From: Bugula neritina
Lineage: Eukaryota; Animalia; Bryozoa
Direction of reading: 5' to 3'
Assembly: GCA_964035545.1 (NCBI GenBank)
Contig: OZ037766.1
Location: 17,509,081 to 17,573,080, forward strand
DNA length: 64,000 nt
Shown: piece by piece, positions 14,115-26,900 of the stretch
Layout: every line of letters starts with the position of its first letter
Position numbering within the stretch: position 1 is the first letter of the stretch
The notes under the pieces: model-generated
Told to the model about the DNA's origin: nothing
Seen by the model: the letters and a program-made list of their open reading frames with translations, nothing else
Databases searched by the model: none
Position numbers and translations under genes: made by a program

Positions 14115-15406
14115 TATGTCCACACTGTTTCACCTAAAAAATTCAAACTAGCATAATTTGCTATCAAACTCTATTGTTATATTACAATATTATGTAGAAA
14201 ATTTCCAAATTGGTTATTAATCAAGTGTAAATATGACCAAGTAAAAATAAGCAGTTGAATGGGATATATTTTTGTAGGTCAGAATTAACGGCATGACAAA
14301 TTATTGGTGTGCTAATTTTGCTCAATACATTAATAGCAAGCTAGACTTTATACAAGTTTACACCGAGTCAACATTAACAAAAACACAAAGATGCAACCTT
14401 TTCGTCATACAGTAAATGATTGTTTCCAGAGAAGATAACATTCATCGTTATAGATATTTGCTAGCATAAAAATGTTGGCTGACCAAATGTTGTCTACGCT
14501 ACTTGCAGACAAAACACATCTCATTATCTTGTATGGATAAACACTAGATTCTAGACATATTGGTTATAACCATGAATTCTAATATTGTAAATAAACATTC
14601 ATACTTCAAATACAAGATCTTACCAACACTAACAGGTAGTGTTAGCAAAGAACTCAGTTGATGTAAGATTCCTTAGTGCATCCAGTAGTTAGAAGAATAA
14701 CTTATGATTAGTGAGTGTAGTTTTAAGGAATATTTATCCAGGAGTGAGTCAAAATCTTAATGCTAAAAATAAAAAATAGCATGAGCATGAAACACTAAAA
14801 ATCATGAGTCTGAGTATTTGAAAGATACTACCCTAGGTATGAATATGAATGTCAATAATTAGAGAGAAAAACATTGACTCTCAAGATGAATACAAATATA
14901 CATGAAGTTATGACACACAACACCAACACTTACTCTTAGTCTCATAGTGATGGTGACAAAATTGACCATTCTAACAACATCTACTACTAGTGATTAGTAC
15001 TAGTAGCATACAATTACTATTGGTAATAGTTATAGTATTCATATAACTGTTACCATTAGTATTACTATCAATACTAGACTTGGCAATCAGAATTATTAAT
15101 AATATTACTCAATAATATTAACTACTAGTATTGCATTTATGATTTCTCATTATTATTATGACTTGATATCATTATTCAATTTTATAACACACGCCACATC
15201 ACCTGTGACCTGCTACTAACTATGCAAGTAATACCCACAGTAATAGTAACATATGTCTTTGACACACTTACAAGTAGTGAGATACACAGTGATAGTCAAT
15301 ATCATACTGAGACTGAAAGTAAATTCAATACACTATATAGTACTGTAGTGAGTACTGAACCTGGTAGTGGTATACGAACACTGAAATGTATAGTTCTACT
15401 AACACA

Positions 15407-15596
15407 AATTTCTGTTGTTTCGTACACTAATCATTTCGTGTACAAGCTGCTGTACGTAAAATGAATAATGAGTTAACCATAAACCCAAATGATAAATATC
15501 AAAAAATATGTATTTTAGTTAATTTATATTGGAGTGTACAAAACGACCTGAAAAAGTGGGTACGAAACAAGTTGTGTAAGAAATGACCTGCACCCC
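15407..15596. mobile_element. 190-bp MITE with 9-bp TSD (Mutator-like); same family as 59337-59839
   Basis: ACTAACACA on both sides (15398-15406 and 15597-15605); right end is the reverse complement of the GGGTGCAGGTCATTTC...CCCACTTTTTCA end at 59337. Confidence 0.75.
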
Positions 15597-16090
15597 ACTA
15601 ACACATAGTCATAGACTTTCACTTACACAGTTAGTGTTGCAGATTTTGAATAGGCGGATTTCCAGTTAAACTAAAACATTAAATTTAACAAACCGAATTG
15701 ACAAAAGTACGAGTATCAGGATCAGTGTCACTATCAGTATCACCATCATAATCATAATCAGTTTGAGTAGCAGTATCAAGATCGATTTCAAACTCAATGA
15801 ATATCAATATGGGATTGAGTATGAAAACTTAAGGACAGACAGATTGACAAAGTTCAGGCTATTCTCAAGTGACCAGCGCAATATCACTAACAATAGCCAA
15901 ATGTCCAGTGCCCTGTGTCCACCTGACATCAACACTAAATTCACTGTAGCCTACGCCACCAATCTAAGACCAGTGACACTGGTGAAGCTCCAGAACTATT
16001 GTTAGCAATATGACTGTGCAGTGTTGGTATGCTATTGGTCAAGGGAGTGCTCAGCAGAATGGGCACTCAGCAGAATCATATATATAGTGG

Positions 16091-16185
16091 ACCTTTCATA
16101 TACAGGAGAACCCCTGAATACCATCTAGAAGGAGAAACTGCTGAATACCATCTAGAAGGAGGCACTCCTGAATACCAGCTAGAAA
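16091..16185. repeat. 27-bp tandem repeat, 3 copies (CTGAATACCATCTAGAAGGAG...)
   Basis: Directly visible. Confidence 0.8.
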
Positions 16186-16489
16186 AAAACCCCCAGAAGA
16201 GTGTCCAGATCAAGACTGACATGTTTTAAGCCAGAGGAGTCACTGAAACAACCAGCAAGAACAGTTAAGGTAATTAATACTAACTTGCCATATTACATAT
16301 ATGCATATAGATATTATAGTAAAACTAAATACCCCCTTTGACCCTTTCAAGTAATTACAATATTGCTTTGAATAAAATTGTACAATTACGTTACAGCAAA
16401 GATAACGAATTTACACTGTAACAATATAAATATTAATATTACCAATAATGTTATGATTATCATAACCAGTATGATTATCCTTATCCATA

Positions 16490-17369
16490 AAAACTCATTT
16501 CAAATCTAAAACTACTACTGAGTTAGTGAGAGACTAGCTATTTGCTGATGATAGTGTTTTAGTGGCCCATAATTCTGATAATATACAGACTCTAGTCAAC
16601 AGATTTGCCAATGCTGCAAAAGATTTTAGTCTTAAAATCAACATCAAGAAGACAGAATGCCTGTATCGGCATCCAAAATTTCAAAGTGGGACATCTCAGC
16701 CAAACACCATAGCCATCGATGGAGAACCTTTGAAAAAGTGTCAAGCCTTCAAGTACCTTGGAAGCACAGTAGCTGTCAATGCTAAACTAAATATAATAAA
16801 ATTTCTCTGAGAATAGGAAGCGCTAGTACAGTGTATGGAAAGTTGAGAACCAGACTTTGGACTAATCATCATGTTTCAATCAAAGTCAAGTGTCAGGTAT
16901 ATCGTGCTACCGTACTCACTGCCCTACTTTATGATGCTGAGACCTGGAACATATACAGCATGCAAGTAGACAGACTGCAAGTATATGTCATGCGACATCT
17001 GCGCTCAATCATGGGTATCTCTTGGAGGGACAAGATAACTAACTAAAAAGTACTGAAGAGAGCTAGTTTACCATTTCTAAAACCTATCCTCATTTAAATG
17101 AGCTTGAGGTGACTAGGACATCTCGAGAGGATGGACCATAGCCATTTACCTACACAACTTCTTTATTCGCAGCTGAAAGCAGGTAAAAGTAACCAAGGAA
17201 GGCCCAGATTGAGATTTAAAGACACTGTAAAGCGGAATATGAAAAGGATAGGCATGGACAGAGATAGCTGGCAAAGGAAGGCTAAGTGTAGAGACAGATA
17301 GAGATGTCTGATTAAACCAAAGTAAAAACAGTCATTGTCGCACCGACAGACTGCTATGATGATGATGAT
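16490..17369 (+). mobile_element. 5'-truncated RTE-clade LINE (RT C-terminal half, 3' UTR, (GAT)n tail)
   Basis: LFADD, LKINIKKTE, FKYLGS, LLYDAETW, GRPRLRFKD with stops; 3' stem-loop TGTCG-CAC-CGACA followed by GATGATGATGAT. Confidence 0.92.
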
Positions 17370-18629
17370 CCCTAGGCTTATCCTGTACAGTGTACTTTTG
17401 AAAATGCAATTTTTGTTTTAAGTATTACTATTAGTATTAGTATTACTATTAGTAACACTAACTTACTATGAGTATGAGAATGACATTGTAATTGGCTAAT
17501 TCAAACTAAAACTGTAGTACTAAGAGTAAAAGTAAGTAGAAATAACTAAAACTTAAACTAAAAGTAAAAGTTAAGATAAATTAGTTAATTACTCAGTGAA
17601 ACTAAAAGAGTAACACTAAAACTTAAAGTAAAAGTAAATCAAAATGAAAATGAACTCAAAATCAAAATGGACCAGCCGATAAAATTATTTAAAGAATGGT
17701 TTCTACAAAAGCAACACCCTCTGCTAATAGCTATAACAATAGTAACAGTAATCATAACCCTAATAGTAATAATGATACTAATAGTAATAGTAATTTAGCA
17801 AATATTATAATACTAATACTAATACTAATAGTAATAGCAACGGCTACAAAATCGCAAAGCAAATTATAAATTATTATTATAAATATTGTTATATTCGAAC
17901 CGCCACACTCGCTAATGTGAACTTGTGGTCGTTTAAATATCGTGCTATGAATATATGGTATACGAAACCATTGCTGGAGATACGCAACCAGATTAAAGTG
18001 TTATGAACTCAGAAAAAATTCCACTAGTGTCCTCCAACTTCCAAGCCTTGATGTACTAACTTGTAGTAATACTAATACTAATAGGCGTGCGATGTTAAAT
18101 GTTGATTAATTTCCAGTAGTAGGCTTGTTGTTTGTTTTCACAGTCACTGTGATGATAAAATTCTGTACCATAATCAAAGTTTAATAAATCTATAAATGTA
18201 AGTTGTGCACCTACCTCAATAATAACATTAACATTGTGATTGTCATTATATTATTTACTACTATTCAGTATTCATATCACTCAACTCTTAACTTTAAGTG
18301 ATAAGTCTTAATTAAAATTTTATAACTTATACTTATAGTTGTAACTAATAGTAATACTTATAGATTATAAGTTTAAGTTAATCTTATAGTTATACTTGAG
18401 GTTAATGACTTAATCCTATGTTTCATTGTTTGTAGCTTATAGTTATACTTATAGTTAATGTTATACTTATAGTATAGGTGAGTTATAGATTATACTAATA
18501 CTAATAGTAATAGACAATAGTAATAGTAATACGTATACTAATCTAATGCTCAAAGTCAAACTGAAGCTTAAAATGAAAATGAAAGTCAAACTGAAACTGA
18601 GGTAGACTTACTCTTACTCTTAGTCTTAT

Positions 18630-19833
18630 ACAGGTAGACTGCCAAGACAGTAGAAACTTGCAAATGTCACACCTAAGGGGCAGGGACAGCAAATCTCCAG
18701 AAAACTTTACGTCAGTATCCCTGACAAACATGATGGAATGGTGAAACACATCGTGCTGCATTACCTTAAATTTAATGGAAAGCTAGACAGTGTAATTCAT
18801 CATCGGCAACATGGTTTCAGAAGAGGACTGTCCTGTCAGACTCAACTGTGTGCTACCTATATGACCTAGTGAAAGCAGCCGATGAGGAACACACTAGCTA
18901 TGCAGTAGTTATGGGCTTCAAAAAAGCTTTTGAAAAAGTACCTTATTTTATGTTGCTTCAAGCATTGCAGCTGATACTGAGTATAAACAGATACCTCACT
19001 GGCTGAATACTCGATTTCTTCTCTGACAGACAGCAGTCCATTGTACTGATGGGGGCAAGATCTCAAAATTGCAAGGAAATTTCAGGCATGCCACAGAGCT
19101 CTGTGCTAGGACCAACCCTGTTTTTATGCTATATAATTGATTATCCAGATTTGTTGTCGGGCAAAGTTAGCCTCTATGCCTATGATACTCCACTTTACCA
19201 AATTGTGAACACCACAAACTCAAAGGATGCAGAAGTGTTCGAAAATGATATCAGTGCTGTCTATGAATGGTCTATAAAATGGAAAGTGCCCTTTGATAAA
19301 AAGAAGTCTCAGGCAGTTAAATTTGATAAAGTAACCCCCATATCATACTACAAACTCAGTACCACATGCCTTGCGTTGGCAGAAAGCACTAAATACTTTG
19401 GGGATAATTCGGTCAGACCTAAGATTTGATCAGAACATAAATGAGAAGTTTATTAAGTCCCTGAAAGCTCTTGGAAAGTACAAGCATTTTATGTATGATG
19501 CCCCAATCGATGCTAAGCCACTGGCTTATACAAGTTTATGCAGACCTATACTTGACTATGCAGATGTGGTTTAGTATCCTGGGACTAGAAGCAAGGTGCA
19601 TGATATAGAGCTGGTCTAGAACAGTACCATATGGTTTGTAAGCAATCTAAAGAGACGTACTGACAATGTATTCAAAGTGAGGAATGAGCTAGGACTCTGT
19701 TCGCTGGAAGACAGAAGAAAAATCATTGACTGTTTACTGACCCGGATTCTTCAGAATGAGGATCAGCACCGCACTCTAGCCAGAGCCTATGGTGAGATGA
19801 TTGAAGACAAGGCACTTGTAACTGTAACCACCT
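18630..19833 (+). mobile_element. CR1/L2-like LINE RT fragment, degenerate
   Basis: ANVTP, QHGFRRGLSCQTQL, KKAFEKVP, GMPQSSVLGPTLF, LYAYD, YTSLCRPILDYA. Confidence 0.88.
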
Positions 19834-19989
19834 GATGATAATCATTTGCAATATCATGATGATAATCATAATGAATTTATTATCATGACATTGATAATTA
19901 TGATTATGAGAATATTAATATTATTATAATACTTACATTAAACTGATAACTCATAAGACAAACTGTTAGTAATAAATAATAATATAAGC

Positions 19990-20900
19990 TTTCAGAGATT
20001 GCAAATTTGGATGGATGCATTCCTACACTGGATAGAAAACCTTCTAACCAATTGTACACAAACAGTGGTGTTGTAAGGTCATGCCTCAGACACATTAAAT
20101 GATTACCAGTTACCTCAGGTGTGGTACAAAGACCAATTTTAAGGCCAATACTTTTCATCATCTTTATCAATGACTTTCCTGACTGTCTTGATTGCTCATG
20201 TGCCATGTTTGTCAATGACATCTTTGTCTGCCAGGAGATAGCCTTATTGAGTGACTGCATTAGGTTCCATCGAACTCTAGATTATCTTGGTGCGAGTCAG
20301 ACAAGTGGAGTATGTTATTCAACATTTCTAAGAGCAGAATAATGTGCTTCAACTCTGTAGGCAATACTCTCGATTACATGTTGAATGGATCAGTGCTAGA
20401 TCATGTAGACTCTGCAAAATATATGGGTGTCACACTGCAATCAAATTGCAGGTTCAATGAGCATATATCAAATAAAATGTTAGAGGCTGAAAGATAGCTG
20501 GGCATGGTTAAAAGAGATTTCTACTGAGCCCCTAGATGAGCACAATTGATTGCATGCAAAGCATTGTGTCTACCACATGTGAAGTATGTCAATGCAGCTT
20601 GTGACTCAACCTACAAGAAGGAAATTTCTTACTTATAAAATGTACTAGTTGGTGCTGTACAATTAATAGCTAATAACAAAGGCAGTGTAAATATCAAATT
20701 GCCATGAAGAAAATCTGCCTTCTGAAGACTCGGCTCTCAGCTCTACTTAGGATGACCTCCTAAAAACCAACAGACAACACTATATAGACTCACTCCCAAG
20801 CGAGTAGATAGCCCCGATTGGTAGGTGCTAACAGTACCAAGTACCTGAACATTTTTTGCCAAGGACTATCGGGGATCTGAAAATTGATCACAATTAAGCA
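19990..20900 (+). mobile_element. Second CR1/L2-like LINE RT fragment, degenerate
   Basis: VTSGVVQRPILRPILFIIFIND, MFVND, FNISKS, KYMGVTL. Confidence 0.85.
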
Positions 20901-21177
20901 ATAACCCCGAGATTTCCACATAGAAAAAAGTAAGCTTCTTTTTGGTCAATACAGCTCAGCCAGCATTAACTGTATGACTATTTGACAATGGCTGTTCAAC
21001 ATATTACCCATATTTGGTACACATTTTCTTCTATCTGGGGCGTTCCATTGTGATTGATGATTTTGAGTAAGTTTGAGTAAATAATATAATATAACTTGAA
21101 GTTTATAACTTCAACTTAAAGTATATTATATGCAGTAATAAAATGTTTTTGCATATTTTAGCTGCCATCTGCAGACT

Positions 21178-21392
21178 TTTTGCTCAACAATTTTGCTTCA
21201 TAATCACTGCGTTTCCACTGCTTCAAATGAATACATGTGAATGCTCCTATGGAAAGATATGTGGTTGCGGTTTGCATTAACTTATTGTTGTGGTTTCATT
21301 TGATGCAACTGTTACCAAACATCAAATGAAAAATTCATTCTCATAATTTAAAGCAATGGAAATGCAGTGAATAAAATTAAATTTTGTCCAAA
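21178..21392. mobile_element. Palindromic MITE-like element
   Basis: TCACTGCGTTTCCACTGCTTCAAAT (about 21205) is inverted as ATTTAAAGCAATGGAAATGCAGTGA (about 21346). Confidence 0.5.
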
Positions 21393-21689
21393 CATCGGGA
21401 CTAAATTTAGAATTTGGATCACCAGCCAATGAATTTTCCAGTCTGCTTTGAAGTCTGTAGTATTATAAAACACATAATTATTGTTACTGTCATTGCATGG
21501 TATTCTTAGCTGCTGCCACACACAGCTTAATCACTGGGCTGGCTTCAACATTTAAGCTTTGAACTTTCAAGCCATCTATCGTTATTACTATAGTAGCTCC
21601 AATTCAATATGATTACCGTTGATTATTTTGATAATATTAATATCAATTTGAATAGGAATTTGACTATGTATTACAGTCTATGATTGGGT

Positions 21690-22160
21690 TGAACAGTGGC
21701 GCATGTGACTGTGTAAATTAATGTGTGAGCCACAGTATTTGTTGCAAAAGTCACATTTGGATGTAAACTCTGGTCTGTTGGTGGTGGCTTAAGCTTTCCT
21801 GCCTGCCTTCTTTTCAGCAGCTGCACTGACAAGTTTTCCTTCCCCTGATGTATGATGGCGTTTCAGTTTGCTTCTCCAACTCGAACGATTGGATGTAAGA
21901 TCTTCCCAGGATGCTGTGTTTATGCCGACAGCTTTCATATCCCTCTTGCAGACATCTTTGTCGCCCACAACTTCGGCCGCGTTAGTTAGTTTGCTGTAGA
22001 GTGTCTTTTTGGATGCGTCTTTTGTTCATACAGGGTAAACATGCTTGAAAGACTAGCTTGAGAAAAAACTTCTACATTGGTTTTGCGATGTGATCGCCAG
22101 CATGTTGCGAGTGTTTTGCAGGTGGAAAGTGTTGAGCCTCCTCTCTTGCCTGGCATAAGA
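21690..22160 (-). mobile_element. RTE LINE 3' fragment with C-terminal C2H2-like motif
   Basis: RQERRLNTFH, KDVCKRDMK, CDFCNKYCGSHINLHSHMRHC. Confidence 0.8.
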
Positions 22161-23109
22161 ATATTATTATAATGGTAATACTCACACTCTTAGTTTTATT
22201 GCTTTCAAATATCAATGTTTAGCAATTACTAAAAAATTCAGTTTTGTGTTGATAATATTAAATGGTGATTATAAAAATTTTGTTTGTTTATGTTTGACTT
22301 TGTGTGTTTTGGTGAGCAATAAATGCACAGGGCTAGTTTCTTATGATGACTCCGATAAATATTATGCGAATGCTGTGTTACCCTGTAACGCAAAAAAGTG
22401 TACTAAACATAACCAATAGGATGTGTCAATATTTTATATAAAATATTTTGGGTGTGAAGAAAAATGATAAAAATAAAATGCAACAAACTTAATACTCATA
22501 TTGCATCATTGATGTAACATTTGAGAATACAAATAGCAATATTCAAACCGTTATTACAGTCATGTATTTGGTTGAATGAAATGCAAGAATCAAAATCTCA
22601 TTTTATTTAGTTATTCAGTTGTCAGATAACGAAATTGATAGCCAACTGATCAACCTCTTTTATTGAACTTATTTTTTTTGGGTAAATGTTGGACATGTGT
22701 CGGTTTGCTATATGTATAATCCAATGCAAAGTCTTTGGATCTGTCTGGAAAGTTTCTCCCTCTAATTTGGTGTTTGGTTGGTATGCATGACTTAGTCATT
22801 TTATCTGAATTGTTTTTAACTGGCAACTTGTATTTAAAGAGGGTGTCTTGCTGCTTTTAATAGACTCTTTTCAAAGGTCCCTGGTATCCCCTTTACAACT
22901 AAGAGTTATGGTTTCCCACAGGGAATAGGTTGAACTTTTGTATAAAGAGCAAACTCATTAGAAATTTAAAGTATGGCTGCTACTTAGAATTCTAATTATG
23001 CTATAGAATTGGTATTTTAGGAGATAGATATTTTGGTATAAACACACATATTAGCAGTTCAAAAAAATTTTAAAAAATATTTTTTCATGGATAATTTTGA
23101 CAAAAATAA

Positions 23110-23203
23110 TCTTGAAAGCATTTATGTGGTTTTGGTTACTGAGCAAGGCTAAAGTAGCACTTTAGTATTGCTCAGCAGCCAAAACCACAAAAATGAATTC
23201 AAG
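23110..23203. repeat. About 44-bp imperfect inverted repeat with 5-nt loop
   Basis: CTTGAAAGC...GCTAAAG-TAGCA-CTTTAGTA...TTCAAG. Confidence 0.85.
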
Positions 23204-23926
23204 CCTATTTCGCTAACAAATTTCATTTTGGAAGATCGCAACTTTTAATTGTAAAGGGGGGGGGGACATTGGGGACCTCTGAAAGGAGTCTATTCATTGC
23301 TAAAAGTAGGCTGCTTATTTTCAGTGGAACTTGCAGTGCTATTTTTTCTTTGCTGGTATTCTTATTGATTAATAACATGTGTTTTAAGCAGTCTTGGGTG
23401 CAAATCTACTCGACTGTATCTAATGAAAAATTCTTATTTTTATTGTTTTATTACATGAGGTGTTTGCTAGCAATTATAGAACCTTCCTCTGGCACAACCT
23501 CATTTTCATGTTGATTATGCTCTGGATGTGCACAGGTGATTCAATAAGGAGAGGTTTTAGATCTTTAGCTGATTTGTTGCAGTTTCATTGGTGCTTTTTC
23601 TTTGAGTGTATTTTTTTTGGCAAACTGATTTGTGATAACTATCTCCTGTATGCTTTTTTTACTCTTTTTGTGATAAATCTAATATCATTCCATGAATATT
23701 TCATTATCACTGAGTACACCATTGCATTTATTCCCGTCTGTATTTCTTTTTGTAGGTTTTTGTAGGTTTCTGCATAACAGACGCAAGACCTGTAAAAATG
23801 CTTTATTTTTATCTTGTCGTGTTACTATAAGAATAGTGTAAAATTTGGCATGTGCTAAATATTTCTATATTGGTGGCTGCCCTTAATATATGGTGCGTTT
23901 AATTCACTTTAATTTTTCAGAGAATA

Positions 23927-26900
23927 ATGAGGTTTAATGATCGGGAAATTCGGCAGTACATCAAATTAGCACCTTCCCAAATGGAAGGGCAACTTCTATA
24001 CGTGTTAGGCAACAAAACGGGTAAGGATATAAATCTTATATATGTTGGCTCAAATGGTATCATACTGTAAAATAAGTATACATACATGTCAAAGCTAGTA
24101 CACACAGCTTTCTTCAGGTGATTTGATTGAGGTCACTATAGTCTTACCTTTATTTAAATATGTTTATGATATTTTGCTTAATTGATAGGTTCAAATAGAA
24201 GAGTAAAAGCTAAATTAGTCAACAATATTCTGGCTTTATACAAGATGTCTAATAATGGAGTACTCACAGATGCTGAGGTACTGTAATACACTGCTTGTTA
24301 AAATTTATTGTATATCATAGCCATATTATAAGTGTTGGTTACACCCCCCCTCCCCAAATGGTCTTTCGTATTCGAAATAGTTTGTTTGGAGTTTGTTTTA
24401 GATTCCTAAAGCAACAACTAGCTTTTGCAGTAAGCAATTACCTGATAGACCAACAACTAAAGATGAAGCTAAATAGTGAGGTGTCCACTGGCAGACATCA
24501 AACAGGGCATAATTTTGCCTATGCAGATAGCAAGTCTATCGTCTGTGTATCTGCCAGTTGCTGACACTGTGGCACTATAGTATACTACTATAACCAACAA
24601 ATGTCTTCAAGTCATAACACACATGTGTTAGTTGCATATTTTATCAAAGCTATTATAACTATTTTATCCATTCTTCATATTATCTAGTAATTGTAATAGT
24701 TGTGTGATTCGAAAATAAAAATTAAGTTTTCATACAACAATGTCAGAAGATAGTAAAGAATATTGGCCCTTATTCGCATTATGTGAATTAATGTAGGATA
24801 CATGCTTATGGTCACAAAATTATCCAGCAAACTTGTAACATTTTATTGTAGCCTTCAGAGCTTCTTATTCTTTCAAGTTGTACAGTAAAGTCTGGAGCAG
24901 GAAGGCAAAATGTGTTTGATATAGGTGAGTCACATTCCTACTTGTGATTTAGTGAACTCTACTTCCAAATCCTAACTAGGATGTTTGCTAATTACAATAA
25001 CCAAATAGTGAAAGCGCATACATTTGCAGCCTGATATGTTTTTATACTTATTATTAAAGTTAATGTTTTACTTATTACATAAAAGTAAAAGCTTTATGGA
25101 TATAGATTATGTGATTTAACAGAGTGGACTGTGTTAAGTTCCTATGGTAGTGAATCTAATTGTCAGAGTACCATTTTGGTTTCATTGTTCATTTCAATAA
25201 AAAAATGAGACTTTAAAGTGAAATTTTTTTTCATAACATAGTAAAGCCATGGGTAAACACAACTAGTCACTTGAGCTGTCTCTTCTGCTGGTAACATATT
25301 CAGTGTGGCAGCTAATTTCCGGAGTGAGAAAAATTATACTTTGTGCCACACAGAGCAGAATTTTTCCCAAGTACTCACTCAATCGTGTGGCCAGTATTTT
25401 TAGTCATTTCTATACATGAAAAGATAACTACAGCAATATCAGTAATTTATTATGTTGCGTTTTGCTTCTATTTGAACTGATTTTTCACTGTTCCTTGTTG
25501 TAGCCCGCTTTAGACCAAGTATAAAACAAATAGTTTTTGTTATACGTAGGTCACAAGATAGATTGTTGGAGATATACATATTGTGAGGATAATTTCTAAA
25601 TGTCATTCACAGATGTCGATCTACTATTGTATTAAATTGGTACTTTAGCTAAAAATATTTTGACTTTCAGTCAATAACATACTAACTTAACCACTACTTA
25701 ATTTTCTTTAAAAACTCCACCATATTATCATCATCTTGCTGTCTGTCGTGTCCGACTATGACTTCTGGTGTATCATTAGTCTCCATCTGGATCTGTCAAG
25801 TGACAGCATTTGCCATTTACCGAGAGATATCTCCTCATCTTTAAGGTTGCGTTTAATGGTATCTTTGTAACGGAGCCTTGGTCTGCCAATGTCACGGGAG
25901 CCTTCTGTTAGCTGTGAGTATAGAACCTGTTTTGGGATCCTGGTGATGAGTTCAGTAAGCCTCAGTATAAGCTCCGCACCACCTTTCTTCAACAGCTCAG
26001 GATGAATACCATCACTTCCTGGTGACTTCCTGTCAGAGAGCGCATTTACAGCTCTCATAATCTCTGCGGCATCAGGACATTCATTCATCCATTCTTGGGT
26101 TGGCTGCTGGTGTATGTGGCTGGTGATGTCAGGGTCCACATTTTCTGTTTCATTTAGGAGTGTTCGGAAGTGCTCTGTCCATCACTGCATCAAATCATCT
26201 CTTTGGGTGAGGAGGGTGTGGCTGTCCTTGTCAAACAGTTGGTCTGGGTGGTTTACACATGGACCCCATACTGCCCTCATGTTTTCGTAGAAGCTTCTCA
26301 TGTCATTTTGGTTAGTCAGTTCCTGCAGTTCAGCTGCCTTGTCTTGACACCTTTTGTTCTTTAGTTTACAGCATTTCTTTTGAAGTGCTCTGTTACATTC
26401 CTTGTACCTTCCTTTGGTTTTCCTGGTCGATCGGTTCATGACAGCGAAATGTGCTAGGTTCCTCTCACTTAATAGGTCTTATAGTTCTATGGAGTGTTCA
26501 TCAAACCAGTCCTCGTGTTTTCTGCCAACAGTGCCTAGCTTCTCCTTCGATGTTTCATAAACTGTGTTCTTGAAGTTTTTCCATGCGTCGTCAAGTGTTC
26601 CAAGTGTTCTCAAGCTCAGTTTCTCACTTAGTGCTGTTTTCAAGTCATCAAGTATTTCCCTATCTTTCAATTTGTTGACGTTGAGCTTTTTACTTGGTTG
26701 TTTAGACTTCTTCATTTTCCTTTTGATGATGAGGCTAGTGCGTGATTTTATCATGATATGGTCTGTGTTGCAGTCTGCCCCACGCATTGCTCTGGTGTCG
26801 TGTATGTCCTTCAGATCACGTTGACGAGTGATATATGTATATATATATATATATATATATACATACATATATATGCAATAAATAAGAATGGTAGCTGATA

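Noticed and set aside
15763-16270. GC-richer stretch with short ORFs upstream of DCAF7
   Set aside because: No consistent frame or recognisable motif; probably a decayed transposon.
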